Assembly: GCA_018268255.1 (NCBI GenBank)
Contig: JAFDWX010000008.1
Span: 27,269-91,268, forward strand
DNA length: 64,000 nucleotides
Source of the DNA: Armatimonadota bacterium
Lineage (GTDB): Bacteria > Armatimonadota > Fimbriimonadia > Fimbriimonadales > Fimbriimonadaceae
Direction: 5' to 3'
Shown: positions 49,295 through 58,950 of the stretch, piece by piece
Position numbering within the stretch: position 1 is the first letter of the stretch
Layout: every line of letters begins with the position of its first letter
Notes under the pieces: model-generated
Told to the model about the DNA's origin: nothing
What the model saw: the letters and a program-made list of their open reading frames with translations, nothing else
Databases searched by the model: none
Position numbers and translations under genes: made by a program

Positions 49295-50306
49295 GTGACC
49301 TCTCGAAGTCGCTTAACCAAGCTTCCAGTATTTTTGCGGGCTCAGATACAATTTCTCCTTTCATCACTCGATTGGAGAGATTGTAGACTCTTCCCTCATC
49401 TAGGCCCAGGTACCCGGCGACTTCGCGTTCGGGGAGCCGAAATGCCTTTCGCATCACAAATGCAGCAAAAGCGATTCGATCTGCAGAGGATTTTAGGGTT
49501 GATCGAGTCGAAGGCGCGGAATCGATCAAGTCGACGATATGGTCTCGAATATCCCATCCATCTGCAGCCGAAAGATTCTCATTGAGCACTCCACACGCGG
49601 CCGCCACGGATTCCAGCGTTAACCACGATAGCTGAACGAGCTGCAGCCGCTGGAGGGCTCCGACCAAGGCATGCCCGTTCCCTGTAAGCTTTTTCGCAAG
49701 GAGACTTATCAGAGTTTCGGAAATGTGGAGGCCGTAGTTCTTCGCGAAATGGCGGACCATCAGAGGAAACTCGTCTTTGGTCGGTTCGGTGATCTCTCCG
49801 ACCGACCAGTTTCGACTGTAGGGAAGCTGATTACGCAACGCCTTGGTGCTGAGGTCGGTTTCGATCGCGATGATGGTGGAACGTCCAGCCTTAGCTCGGC
49901 GCTCCAAAAGCATACGTAAGTCGTGCTTGGCGCGGGGCGACCGAAAAGCGTACCCAGCGTCGTCGAGGATAAGTACCGGAACGGTTTCCAAGTGCTCCCA
50001 GCGGACAGGTTGCGTACGAAGGGACCGGATGCCGATCGTGCCCAGCTTCTGATTGCATCGGTAGTTGCTGACGCATTGAAGGAGGCTGGTTTTGCCCCAA
50101 CCGGAAGGGCCAATTAGAGCCACGAGTGTGCTTAAACCCATCGAAAAAAGCAGGGCTTGTTCAACGGCTTTGACATTGGACGGGAGCACAGCAATAGAAG
50201 AAAAATTGTTGCGGCTCTCCTGAAAGAGCGCCTCTGATATCCGATGCGGCACATGGTTGGAGGAAACGGCCGTGCTACTGGTACCGGATGCCATCATTTG
50301 CCCCAT
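49281..50306 (-). CDS. DnaA-family AAA+ ATPase paralog (domains III-IV only; lacks DnaA domains I-II)
   Basis: Walker A GPSGWGKTSLLQ, Walker B VLILDD, sensor-2-like TGNGHALVGALQRL and a domain-IV-like C-terminal HTH. The N-terminal DnaA domains I-II are absent, and the gene is not next to dnaN. Confidence 0.5.
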   Translation of the reverse strand: MGQMMASGTSSTAVSSNHVPHRISEALFQESRNNFSSIAVLPSNVKAVEQALLFSMGLSTLVALIGPSGWGKTSLLQCVSNYRCNQKLGTIGIRSLRTQPVRWEHLETVPVLILDDAGYAFRSPRAKHDLRMLLERRAKAGRSTIIAIETDLSTKALRNQLPYSRNWSVGEITEPTKDEFPLMVRHFAKNYGLHISETLISLLAKKLTGNGHALVGALQRLQLVQLSWLTLESVAAACGVLNENLSAADGWDIRDHIVDLIDSAPSTRSTLKSSADRIAFAAFVMRKAFRLPEREVAGYLGLDEGRVYNLSNRVMKGEIVSEPAKILEAWLSDFERSLESV

Positions 50307-50499
50307 GGTTTTAAATCGTCGCCAACCGGGGCCATCCCAATGAATGTCCCGTTGCCCTCGCCACCATTGTCAACTTTAGGGTTTGACCCAGTCAAGGCCG
50401 AAAATGATTGCCTAAACAACCTCTTAATCTGATAGTCGATATATTGCGCTTCATTGCGCAATTAGGCTGCAATTGCTTGGGTATTTTCCCCATTTCTGC

Positions 50500-51702
50500 T
50501 CAGGTTTTCCCCAAGTTTTCAAGATACGTTTTCAGAGTGCTCTCGCCGTGTCGCACCTTTTCCCAGTACTTCTCAAAATTGAATCCTGGGCTGTGGTCGA
50601 GGACATGACATGGAGCGCAGGATTTTTCCCCCACCACCGCCATTTTGTTCTGGGCGGGTTCGTCGGCATGCTTTCCACCTGGCCCATGGCATGATTCGCA
50701 TCCCACGTCGGCCAGTTCGGGAGTTTTTTGCCGAGATTGGAATCCTGTTGATTGGCTGAGGCCGACCACATGACACCCCACGCAATCGGGATCACGATCA
50801 TGTTTGGTTTCCTCCAAGGTGGCGAGAGCATCACTGTGCCGGGTGGTCTTCCACGTCGCGAATTCTTCCTGATGACAGCTTCCACAACGGCGAGACCCTG
50901 CAAAGCTCTGATCCGAGGTTTGGCGAGGGAGCTTACCGAGCAGATTTTCCCGGCCGACTCGCTGCAGGTACCGAGACAAAATTTGGGTGATCGATCGATG
51001 GTCTCGAAAGCTAGGTCCGAGTTCCGTGACCTGGTACCTAACCATTTGGTTAGCTCGGAAATCCAATTGAATCAGGAATTTGCCAGATTCACCGGGAGTT
51101 AAGAGGAGTGAAGCATTCTTCATCTCCGGCCTTGCCGGCGGCCTCGCGTTGGACCGATACACGATCACCTTTGGAGTTCCCGCGAGGGTTCGAGCCGAAT
51201 CCAGCCCCCCATCAACGAGGAGGATATCGGCGTGTGGCACTGGCTTGCCCTGCTGCCAACTTGCCGCGATCCAACCATTCGAGAGCGTCAACTCTGGCCG
51301 AAGTTCATCGCGAATCAGTCTCTCACCGGAGAGGCGGTCAAACGTCTCCTCCAGGCCGGTTCCCAGAGCCTTGTCAGTAGCCGCCAAATTGATGGCTTCC
51401 GCGTCGAGTACCCGGAGGGCTTCCGCGAGCGTTTCCGCCTTCATCTCGGTTTGCCGGCTATTCGATCCAGAGGTCATCGCGCCGTTCGCAACGACTACTA
51501 CTTTGTTCCGGGCTCGAATCTGATCGACCGCTGTGGCCATTCTGGCAAGACCACCTGACATCGGTTTGGTACAGCCGCACGGAGTCAAGGACCCGTGAAA
51601 ATCTCCCACGACCACGAGCGTGAAATCTGCCTTCGGATGCTCGGGACTGACCCAAGCAATCACGAGACTTGCTGCGGCGATCCCCAAAAGCGCGAGTTTC
51701 AC
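50500..51702 (-). CDS. secreted fusion of a metallophosphoesterase-like N-domain and a tetraheme c-type cytochrome
   Basis: Signal peptide, a GDxHG-type motif (VVVGDFHGSL), and four CxxCH motifs (CGSCH, CVGCH, CESCH, CAPCH) in the C-terminal ~120 aa. Confidence 0.65.
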   Translation of the reverse strand: MKLALLGIAAASLVIAWVSPEHPKADFTLVVVGDFHGSLTPCGCTKPMSGGLARMATAVDQIRARNKVVVVANGAMTSGSNSRQTEMKAETLAEALRVLDAEAINLAATDKALGTGLEETFDRLSGERLIRDELRPELTLSNGWIAASWQQGKPVPHADILLVDGGLDSARTLAGTPKVIVYRSNARPPARPEMKNASLLLTPGESGKFLIQLDFRANQMVRYQVTELGPSFRDHRSITQILSRYLQRVGRENLLGKLPRQTSDQSFAGSRRCGSCHQEEFATWKTTRHSDALATLEETKHDRDPDCVGCHVVGLSQSTGFQSRQKTPELADVGCESCHGPGGKHADEPAQNKMAVVGEKSCAPCHVLDHSPGFNFEKYWEKVRHGESTLKTYLENLGKT

Positions 51703-53291
51703 TTGACGATTCCAGTGACGTCGATCATGATTTCTGGTTGCTCAGCCGCGTCCGTCGCTATGGCTAGAGTCGCATTAAGGGGACCGCTTGGCAATTTCCC
51801 ATCATAAGCGACGGTAATTCGATATTCATCCTTGGCTTCATTGGCTTTCCACGTAGCATTGACAGAAGGCAATGTCGACTTGATTTCGGAGATCTCAAAA
51901 GGCTTGCCGGGTCGGCTCAGAATCATCACCGCGGACGTCGCCGTGCCGACCTCCCCCAGGTACACAGCAGCGGGAAAAGCGGCAATCCCCTTCTGTACGC
52001 TGAACTGGTGGTTGATCACCGACCACGTCGGATTATCCGTGGAAATGAGCAAGGTTCCATAGAGTCGGCCTGGAGGAAGTTCCTTGGTGCCAAGAAGTGA
52101 AATCTTGTATCCGGTGGATTCCACCTTTTGGTTAGGCAGAGTTCCTCGCCATTCTGAAACTTCGGTAATTGCTGCAACGCCGAGAGTCTCAACCTTGGTA
52201 ACTTTGAGTTTAACCTTTTGGTTGGGCACGAGGATCACGTCTGCCTTAAAGCCCGAGTCGTCAGCTATGATGACGCCTCTTGCTTCCGAGGTTTGGATCT
52301 GGTACGCGGGTTCGACATTCATCGTGACCGGAATAACTGTTGAAGGTCTCTCAGGGTCGTTGGTATACAGGACGATAAACTTCTGGAATGGCCCTGGTTG
52401 GTCGGTGGTGTTGACATTCACACGAATCAGTCCTGTCCTGCCGGGTTCCACCTTGCCCGCACCCGTAACGCTGAAGCAGCTGCAGTCGGGTGCAACGCTG
52501 TAGTTGAGGTCCGATGCGCCTTGGTTTGAAATCGAAATCGAGAAGGGAACTTGGTCACCTTGGAGAACCGATCCACCCTCATACTTGGCTGGCTCAAATA
52601 CCAATTTCGGTTGCGCAACGCGAATCTGTTTCTTGGCCTTGATGAGCTTATCGAGCTGTTCCGTAATTTTGATGACCTGATCTGCCAACGTGTTGACCTG
52701 TCCGAGCGGCTTGAAGACCGTGGGATACAGCCCTTCCAAACGGAACATGGCGCTGCCTGGCCTAGGGAAACGCTCAAGTCCAAGTCTTCGACCAATTGCA
52801 TGGATCATCTCTTGCTCGATCTCTCGGCCGGTGCTTTCAACCTTTTGGTTAGTCCTAAATCGAGCCATGACCACTTCAACCCGATAATCATTCGGTGCGG
52901 AGGAATCGAAGAAGACGGCACCTGCTGGACCGTTCGAATCGGGATTGGGCGGCAGCGTATCGACGAATGATGCTTTGATGTCCTTCGAATTTCCCACTGA
53001 AATCTTCAGGTTGGGAACAAATTGCTTCCAATCTGCGATTGCTCGATCGCGAGCCGCGGCGAACTCCGCCCGCTTAGCCTGAGGAATGCCCGAATCGTCC
53101 CAAGTGATCATTACGGAACGCTGGGGGAGCACCTTGAGGAGCTGTGCTGCGCCGGCAAAGTCCTTCTTCTCCATCTTCGCTTCAACAGCCAAGAGAGCCT
53201 GCTGATAGGTCCCATGGGTCCCCAGCGGAGGTGTGGGTCCGACTGGTATGGATTGGCCAAAGGCAACTGCGAGTAGCAGAGATATGTGCAT
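51699..53291 (-). CDS. secreted DUF1573-repeat (ASH/Ig-like) protein
   Basis: A signal peptide at the corrected start MHISLLLAVAFGQ, and DUF1573-like segments (DCSCFSVTGAGKVEPGRTGLIRVNVNT...). Its stop overlaps the cytochrome start by 4 nt. Confidence 0.55.
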   Translation of the reverse strand: MHISLLLAVAFGQSIPVGPTPPLGTHGTYQQALLAVEAKMEKKDFAGAAQLLKVLPQRSVMITWDDSGIPQAKRAEFAAARDRAIADWKQFVPNLKISVGNSKDIKASFVDTLPPNPDSNGPAGAVFFDSSAPNDYRVEVVMARFRTNQKVESTGREIEQEMIHAIGRRLGLERFPRPGSAMFRLEGLYPTVFKPLGQVNTLADQVIKITEQLDKLIKAKKQIRVAQPKLVFEPAKYEGGSVLQGDQVPFSISISNQGASDLNYSVAPDCSCFSVTGAGKVEPGRTGLIRVNVNTTDQPGPFQKFIVLYTNDPERPSTVIPVTMNVEPAYQIQTSEARGVIIADDSGFKADVILVPNQKVKLKVTKVETLGVAAITEVSEWRGTLPNQKVESTGYKISLLGTKELPPGRLYGTLLISTDNPTWSVINHQFSVQKGIAAFPAAVYLGEVGTATSAVMILSRPGKPFEISEIKSTLPSVNATWKANEAKDEYRITVAYDGKLPSGPLNATLAIATDAAEQPEIMIDVTGIVK

Positions 53292-53349
53292 GGTGTATTG
53301 GGATCGTACCGAAAGACTGACGCTCTGAAAATCGTGAGAGAACGTTAGA

Positions 53350-55041
53350 ATGAAAAGCGGCAAAGAATGCGTAAGATGGAATATGGAATCCCCATCCACC
53401 CAGTCTCTGCGTCAGCTCATTCGCCGAATTGAAGATCAGGCGAAACCGGCGGACCCCAAGCTGGCTAACTACCTCTTGGCGCTCAATTCGGAGGTGGACT
53501 CGCTTGATCAGAAGATTGGAAAACAAGCAGATCTGGTTCTGGAATACGAAGATGCCTACACGAAGCTCACCAGCCCTGCGAACCGCATTGGAATTCTGAT
53601 TAACCATTTGGATGAGGGAAGATTTCTGGTTGCATTAGGCGACACCGAGTTCGTGACATTCGCTGACCCAAGCATCGAACCTGAATCACTTTTGGTGGGC
53701 TCTCGTGTCGCTCTCAATGATGCTTACGCCATCGTTGGATTGGTTGCAACGCCACCGACTGGACCTTTGATCAAAGTAAGCGAGGTGCTCGACGATCTCC
53801 GTCTGCGCGTGAATAGCGATGCCCAGGGCCAACAGGGTCGGTTGGTGCTCCGGAGCGAGGAACTCAGGGATGTAAAGATCCAGCAAGGCGATGAACTTCG
53901 ATTGGACGCAACCGGGCGGATCGCTGTTGAGCACTTTGGCCAGCGAGAAGTCAGGGACTATTTTGTCGAGGAAGTCGAAGAGATTCCTTGGGACAAGATC
54001 GGTGGTCAAGAGGCGGCGATCGCGACGATTCGGGAGTCCATCGAACACCCGATGCTCCACCCCGAGCTCTACCGGAAGTTCGACAAAAAACCTATCAAAG
54101 GCATATTGCTTTACGGTCCGCCGGGGTGCGGAAAAACGCTGATCGGCAAAGCCATTGCCTATAACCTCGCCAAGGAGTATTCCGAGCGGGTAGGACACGA
54201 GGTTAAGGAATATTTCATGCATATTTCCGGGCCGAAAGTTCTAAACATGTGGCTCGGAGAAACAGAGCGAATGGTCCGAGAGATTTTTCAAGTCGCTCGC
54301 GAACGGGCGAAAGAAGGTCGGTTGGTCGTCATCTTTATGGATGAAGCGGAATCGATTTTGAGAACGCGATCCAGCGGACGTTGGCTTAATATCAGCAACA
54401 CGGTCGTGCCCCAATTCTGTGCCGAAATGGACGGGCTCGTGTCTCTGGAAAACGTGGTCCTTGTCATCACGACCAACCGCCCCGACTACATCGATCCAGC
54501 GATTCTCCGCCCGGAGCGAATTGATCGAAAGGTCAAAATCTCCCGGCCCGACAAAGAGGCGACTCGCTCGATTTTGAGCATTTATCTCCACCAGGACCTG
54601 CCCCTTGATCCCGATCTGGTGAAGGAATATGATGGCGAAGAATCGTGTGCTCGAAAAGCGCTCATCGAGTCCACGCTCGCCTATCTATGGCGGGAAAGCC
54701 GTGAGTCAGAGTTTCTGACGATCTCGCTGAGAAATGGAAGTTTCGAGACCCTCCACTACCATGACCTCCTGAGCGGTGCCCTGATAAAGTCTGTGGTGGA
54801 TCGTGCGAAAGACATGGCGATTCGAAGGGCGATTGACCAAATGGTTAATGAAGTCGGCCTCAGGCAATCCGATATGGTCGAGGCCATCGATGCCGAGTAT
54901 CGAGAGAACGAGATCTTCCCAAAGAATGACCAAATCGAGGATTGGCTCAAGTTGATCGACATCGAGCCCGAGTTTGTCGTGGATGTGAAGCCGACGAGAA
55001 CCGCAAGTCAACCCCGGAAGAACCGACACGACGTGGTCTAA
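53350..55041 (+). CDS. ARC/Mpa-family (proteasome-associated-type) AAA+ ATPase
   Basis: An N-terminal coiled coil and OB-fold inter-domain, then AAA Walker A GPPGCGKTL, Walker B VVIFMDEAES and arginine finger PAILRPERIDRKVKI. There is close block-wise similarity to Mpa through the C-terminal helical domain (SGALIKSVVDRAKDMAIRRAI). Confidence 0.75.
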   Translation: MKSGKECVRWNMESPSTQSLRQLIRRIEDQAKPADPKLANYLLALNSEVDSLDQKIGKQADLVLEYEDAYTKLTSPANRIGILINHLDEGRFLVALGDTEFVTFADPSIEPESLLVGSRVALNDAYAIVGLVATPPTGPLIKVSEVLDDLRLRVNSDAQGQQGRLVLRSEELRDVKIQQGDELRLDATGRIAVEHFGQREVRDYFVEEVEEIPWDKIGGQEAAIATIRESIEHPMLHPELYRKFDKKPIKGILLYGPPGCGKTLIGKAIAYNLAKEYSERVGHEVKEYFMHISGPKVLNMWLGETERMVREIFQVARERAKEGRLVVIFMDEAESILRTRSSGRWLNISNTVVPQFCAEMDGLVSLENVVLVITTNRPDYIDPAILRPERIDRKVKISRPDKEATRSILSIYLHQDLPLDPDLVKEYDGEESCARKALIESTLAYLWRESRESEFLTISLRNGSFETLHYHDLLSGALIKSVVDRAKDMAIRRAIDQMVNEVGLRQSDMVEAIDAEYRENEIFPKNDQIEDWLKLIDIEPEFVVDVKPTRTASQPRKNRHDVV

Positions 55042-55231
55042 CCATTCGGTTGAAAATTCGGTGAAATCCAGCGGCGTAACGCAAGGAAGATGCGTCCGTA
55101 CCATTGACCACGGATTGGCCGGTCTGGGCTAGGATGGCCCAAATTGCGTCCGCACCAAAACCCTAGAGTCAAAGTCTAGTGTTTGCCTCTTGATTTGCCG
55201 AAGATAGTAACCGGCATAAGAGGTTTGTTGG

Positions 55232-56155
55232 ATGTCATTTTTGGAAAAGTGGTTTGGTTTTGATCGAGACGAGCTCTATGATCGCGGCATGCGGTCATTT
55301 GATCAAGGGCAGTACGAGGAAGCTATCGTAGCGTTGCAAGCGGTAACTGATCGAACTCACGATCCGGCGACCAAGCGCCTTTCCAAATTCTATACGGCGG
55401 AGAGCTACACCCATCTGGGCCTTCGCGCACTTGAGCAGGAGAACTTTGATGCAGCTTCCACCATGCTTAAGCATGCTGTGGAGATTCATCCGAACTTTCC
55501 CGATTTGCACTTCAACTTGGCATTGGCCTATCGGGGTTGCGGACGACTCGATCTTCACAAGATAGAACTCGCCGAAGCAGTGGCGATTAATCCACGATAT
55601 GCACGAGCGGTGCTGTTCCAAGGCATCGTGGCGTACGAGGAAGGCGACCACGAGACTGGGCTGGAGTTGATTCACCATGCTGTTTCGCTGGATGCGAACC
55701 TAGGCGGTGATCGATATAAGTTTGGTTTGAAGTGCCACCAGGATGGGGAATATGACCGCGCTGCGAGCAACTTTCTGGCGATGGAAAATCGCGAAGCGCG
55801 CGATGCTAACGCAATCGCAAAGTGCGGCGACAAGTTCTCTCGGGAAGGTTTATGGACAGAGGCTGTGCAGGAGTATGAGAAAGCCCTCGATCTGCAGCCA
55901 CGGTACGCTGACATTCGGTGTAAATATGGGCAAGCTTTGCTCCAGCTGAACGAGCTCGACGCTGCCGCCAACCAGTTTCGGATGGCGCTTAACATCAACT
56001 CTCGGTACGTCGATGCGCTCGCCTACTTAGGGGTTACCCTCAGGCGTCAGGGCGACTGGCAAGGTGCTCAATCAGCATTCAAAGAAGCAGTGAATTTGAA
56101 TCCGAACCATCCTATCGCGTCGTACGAACTGGATCGTCCTGCTCAGACAGCATAA
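55232..56155 (+). CDS. TPR-repeat protein
   Basis: Multiple 34-aa TPR units (AYRGCGRLDLHKIELAEAVAINPRYARA... and NQFRMALNINSRYVDALAYLGVTLRRQGDWQGA). Confidence 0.7.
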   Translation: MSFLEKWFGFDRDELYDRGMRSFDQGQYEEAIVALQAVTDRTHDPATKRLSKFYTAESYTHLGLRALEQENFDAASTMLKHAVEIHPNFPDLHFNLALAYRGCGRLDLHKIELAEAVAINPRYARAVLFQGIVAYEEGDHETGLELIHHAVSLDANLGGDRYKFGLKCHQDGEYDRAASNFLAMENREARDANAIAKCGDKFSREGLWTEAVQEYEKALDLQPRYADIRCKYGQALLQLNELDAAANQFRMALNINSRYVDALAYLGVTLRRQGDWQGAQSAFKEAVNLNPNHPIASYELDRPAQTA

Positions 56156-56169
56156 TTCGACGGACGAGA

Positions 56170-56198
56170 TTGCATTTCTGGCCCGAATCGGCTATACT
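56170..56198 (+). promoter_or_regulatory. candidate sigma-70-type promoter for rplU-rpmA (TTGCAT-17-TATACT)
   Basis: Hexamers at 56170-56175 and 56193-56198 with 17-nt spacing, about 60 nt upstream of the rplU start. Confidence 0.3.
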
Positions 56199-56258
56199 TA
56201 CAGGTCCGCGCCTTGGGTATCCAGGGATGGCCCATGTGTGCGCGTAGGTAACGAGACC

Positions 56259-56576
56259 ATGTACGCAATTGTCAAGACGGGCGGAAAGCAATATAAAGCC
56301 GCAAAAGATGAAGTCCTGATCGTGGAAAAGATCGAGGGCGATGCAGGTTCCAAGGTTGAACTCGAGCAGGTCGTCATGGTCTGCGACGGCGCAAAAGTCA
56401 AACTCGGCTCGCCGTTCGTTAAGGGCGCCAAGGTTCAGGCGGAGATCGTTCGCCAAGCCAAGGGTCCCAAGATCAACGCCTTTAACTACAAGCCCAAGAA
56501 GAACGAACGCAAGCGATGGGGCCATCGCCAGCCGCAGACCTATCTGCGCGTGCTGGCCGTAGAGGGAGGAAAGTAA
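56259..56576 (+). CDS. rplU: 50S ribosomal protein L21
   Basis: [27 protein letters not shown]... is the canonical L21 N-terminus. Confidence 0.9.
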   Translation: MYAIVKTGGKQYKAAKDEVLIVEKIEGDAGSKVELEQVVMVCDGAKVKLGSPFVKGAKVQAEIVRQAKGPKINAFNYKPKKNERKRWGHRQPQTYLRVLAVEGGK

Positions 56577-56580
56577 TTCC

Positions 56581-56838
56581 ATGGCACATAAAAAAGGTCA
56601 AGGTTCATCCAAGAACGGACGTGATTCCAATTCCCAGCGACTGGGTGTCAAGCGCTACGCAGGCCAAGTGGTCAAAGCTGGTTCAATTCTGGTTCGACAG
56701 CGCGGCACACAGTTTCACCCAGGAGTCAACTGCGGAATCGGCAATGACCATACACTATTTGCTCTCATCGAGGGCGTGGTGAAGTTCGAGGGGCCGACCA
56801 AGAAGCGACGCATCAGCGTTTATCCGAACGAAGCCTAG
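56581..56838 (+). CDS. rpmA: 50S ribosomal protein L27
   Basis: [48 protein letters not shown] is the canonical L27 sequence. Confidence 0.9.
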   Translation: MAHKKGQGSSKNGRDSNSQRLGVKRYAGQVVKAGSILVRQRGTQFHPGVNCGIGNDHTLFALIEGVVKFEGPTKKRRISVYPNEA

Positions 56839-56857
56839 AGCTTTTCCCCTAAAGTTG

Positions 56858-56893
56858 AAATCCGGTTGAAGGCAATGATCTTCACCCGGATTT
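56858..56893 (+). terminator. rho-independent terminator after rpmA
   Basis: An 8-bp outer stem aaatccgg/ccggattt with an inner stem, followed by ttttcatttt. Confidence 0.5.
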
Positions 56894-56943
56894 TCATTTT
56901 AGGTATCGCTTGTCTACTATTGTTGTGCTAGACTGGATTCCGT

Positions 56944-58938
56944 ATGCGCCAAGACAAAATTGTCGTCGTCGGGGCTCGGGAGAACAATCTCAAGAACATT
57001 ACGATTGAGATCCCGCGCGACAAATTGGTGGTCATCACTGGTCTCAGCGGTAGCGGGAAGTCGAGTTTGGCGTTCGACACTATCTACGCCGAAGGTCAGC
57101 GGCGTTACGTGGAGAGTCTGAGCGCATACGCCAGACAGTTTTTGGGTCAGATGGACAAGCCAGACGTGGACCACGTCGATGGCCTATCACCTGCCATCTC
57201 CATCGACCAAAAGAGCGCAAGCAAGAACCCCCGTTCCACAGTTGGTACAGTAACCGAGATTTACGACTATCTCCGAATTCTCTACGCTCGCGTGGGTATG
57301 CCCTATTGCCCCAACGGACACGGACCCATCGAGCGTCAATCCACGGACCAGATCGTCGATGCTGCTCGGGAGATGAAAGAGGGCACTCGGCTGCAAATCC
57401 TGGCTCCCGTTATTCGTGGGAGAAAGGGCGAGTACAAGTCTGTGGTCCAGGATATCGCCAAAGCGGGCTACGTGCGCGTGCGCGTGGACGGTGAGATGTA
57501 CGAAGTCACCGACGATATCCCGATGGATCGCTACAAACAGCACACCATCGAAGTGGTGGTGGATCGGATTGTTGTCAAAGAGGGTGTGGAGCGCCGCCTG
57601 GGCGATTCGATTGAATCTGCGCTGAAAATGGGAAAGGGCATGGTTGCCCTCGCCTATGAATTTGAGGACGAGAGTGGAGAACTCCTGTTCTCGGAAGCTT
57701 ACGCCTGCGCGGAATGCGGTTTTAGCATGCCCGAGCTGGAGCCGCGCATGTTCTCGTTCAACTCACCTTATGGCGCATGTCCCGAATGCACTGGCTTGGG
57801 AACCAAGACAGAGTTTGACCCCGATCTGTGCTGTCCCAATCCGAACATCCCTTTGCGTGCGGGTGCGATCGCTCCGTTCGTATACAAGAGCGGCGAGACC
57901 AAAGACTGGTGGCCCGATCTGCTGGATGCCGTTGGTGCAGCAGTAGGCTTTGATGCGAGTCTGCCCGTTTCGCAACTCGATGCCCGCGCCATGGACGCCG
58001 TCTGGAATGGCCTCTCCGAGCCTGTTACCGTCAGAGTCCGGTATGGGTCTCGTGACCGGTTGATCTCTACGAATTGGGACGGTGTTCTCAGCCATCTAAG
58101 AAAACGTTACGATTCGACTGAGAGCGAGTGGGTCAAAACCGACTTGGACCAGTACATGAGTACCAAGCCATGTCCAACCTGCGGCGGGAAGCGCTTAAAA
58201 GAAGAAGTTCTTGGAGTGAAGATGCCAAACGCGGCCGGCTTAGGATCCGATCCAGAGGGCTTGTCCATCGCCGATGTTTCTCGCCTGTCGGTCGAGGATT
58301 CCGTCCGCTATTTCGAGTCTTTGATGGGCCGGCTAAATAAGCGACAACTCACCATCGGCGAACGAGCGATTAAGGAGATCGGCGAGCGGCTTCGATTCCT
58401 CCTAGATGTTGGGTTGGGATATCTGACTTTGGACCGCAATGCGAGAACTCTTGCGGGGGGCGAGGCTCAACGCATCCGCCTTGCGACACAGATCGGCTCC
58501 GGCTTGATGGGCTGCCTTTACATTCTCGACGAGCCATCCATCGGTCTCCATCAGCGAGACAATCGGAAGTTGATCGAAACCCTGGTTCGGCTTCGCGATC
58601 TCGGAAACACAGTCTTGGTGGTGGAGCATGACGAAGAGACGATGCTTGCCGCCGATTGGCTAATCGACTTGGGACCGGGAGCAGGAGAACACGGAGGCTA
58701 TGTGGTGAATGAAGGGACAGTAGAAGAGTTTCTCACCCGTGACTCACCCACATCGAAGTTTTTGAATGGGCATGACGCTATTGAAATTCCGGCCGAGCGT
58801 CGGCAGCCACGTAGCGCTAATCCGCTAACTACGCCCCAGAGGGCGGTTGCTCGGGTGGCTGAGGCTGAGGCACCTTATGGTTCTGAACCAAATTCTAGGC
58901 AACCCAAAAAGAGCGTTTCCAAGAGACTGAAAAGGTAG
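56944..58938 (+). CDS. uvrA: excinuclease ABC subunit A, N-terminal ABC module (ends at an in-frame TAG inside an expanded inter-module linker)
   Basis: [35 protein letters not shown], zinc-finger cysteines and [12 protein letters not shown] are present. The ORF stops after ...KSVSKRLKR. Confidence 0.85.
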   Translation: MRQDKIVVVGARENNLKNITIEIPRDKLVVITGLSGSGKSSLAFDTIYAEGQRRYVESLSAYARQFLGQMDKPDVDHVDGLSPAISIDQKSASKNPRSTVGTVTEIYDYLRILYARVGMPYCPNGHGPIERQSTDQIVDAAREMKEGTRLQILAPVIRGRKGEYKSVVQDIAKAGYVRVRVDGEMYEVTDDIPMDRYKQHTIEVVVDRIVVKEGVERRLGDSIESALKMGKGMVALAYEFEDESGELLFSEAYACAECGFSMPELEPRMFSFNSPYGACPECTGLGTKTEFDPDLCCPNPNIPLRAGAIAPFVYKSGETKDWWPDLLDAVGAAVGFDASLPVSQLDARAMDAVWNGLSEPVTVRVRYGSRDRLISTNWDGVLSHLRKRYDSTESEWVKTDLDQYMSTKPCPTCGGKRLKEEVLGVKMPNAAGLGSDPEGLSIADVSRLSVEDSVRYFESLMGRLNKRQLTIGERAIKEIGERLRFLLDVGLGYLTLDRNARTLAGGEAQRIRLATQIGSGLMGCLYILDEPSIGLHQRDNRKLIETLVRLRDLGNTVLVVEHDEETMLAADWLIDLGPGAGEHGGYVVNEGTVEEFLTRDSPTSKFLNGHDAIEIPAERRQPRSANPLTTPQRAVARVAEAEAPYGSEPNSRQPKKSVSKRLKR

Positions 58939-58950
58939 AATTACGTCAAC

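Noticed and set aside
50441-50463. The 7-bp palindrome attgcgc-ttcatt-gcgcaat upstream of the DnaA-like gene.
   Set aside because: It is too short to distinguish an operator from chance. It has no T-tract and no second copy, and there is no way to test it from the sequence alone.
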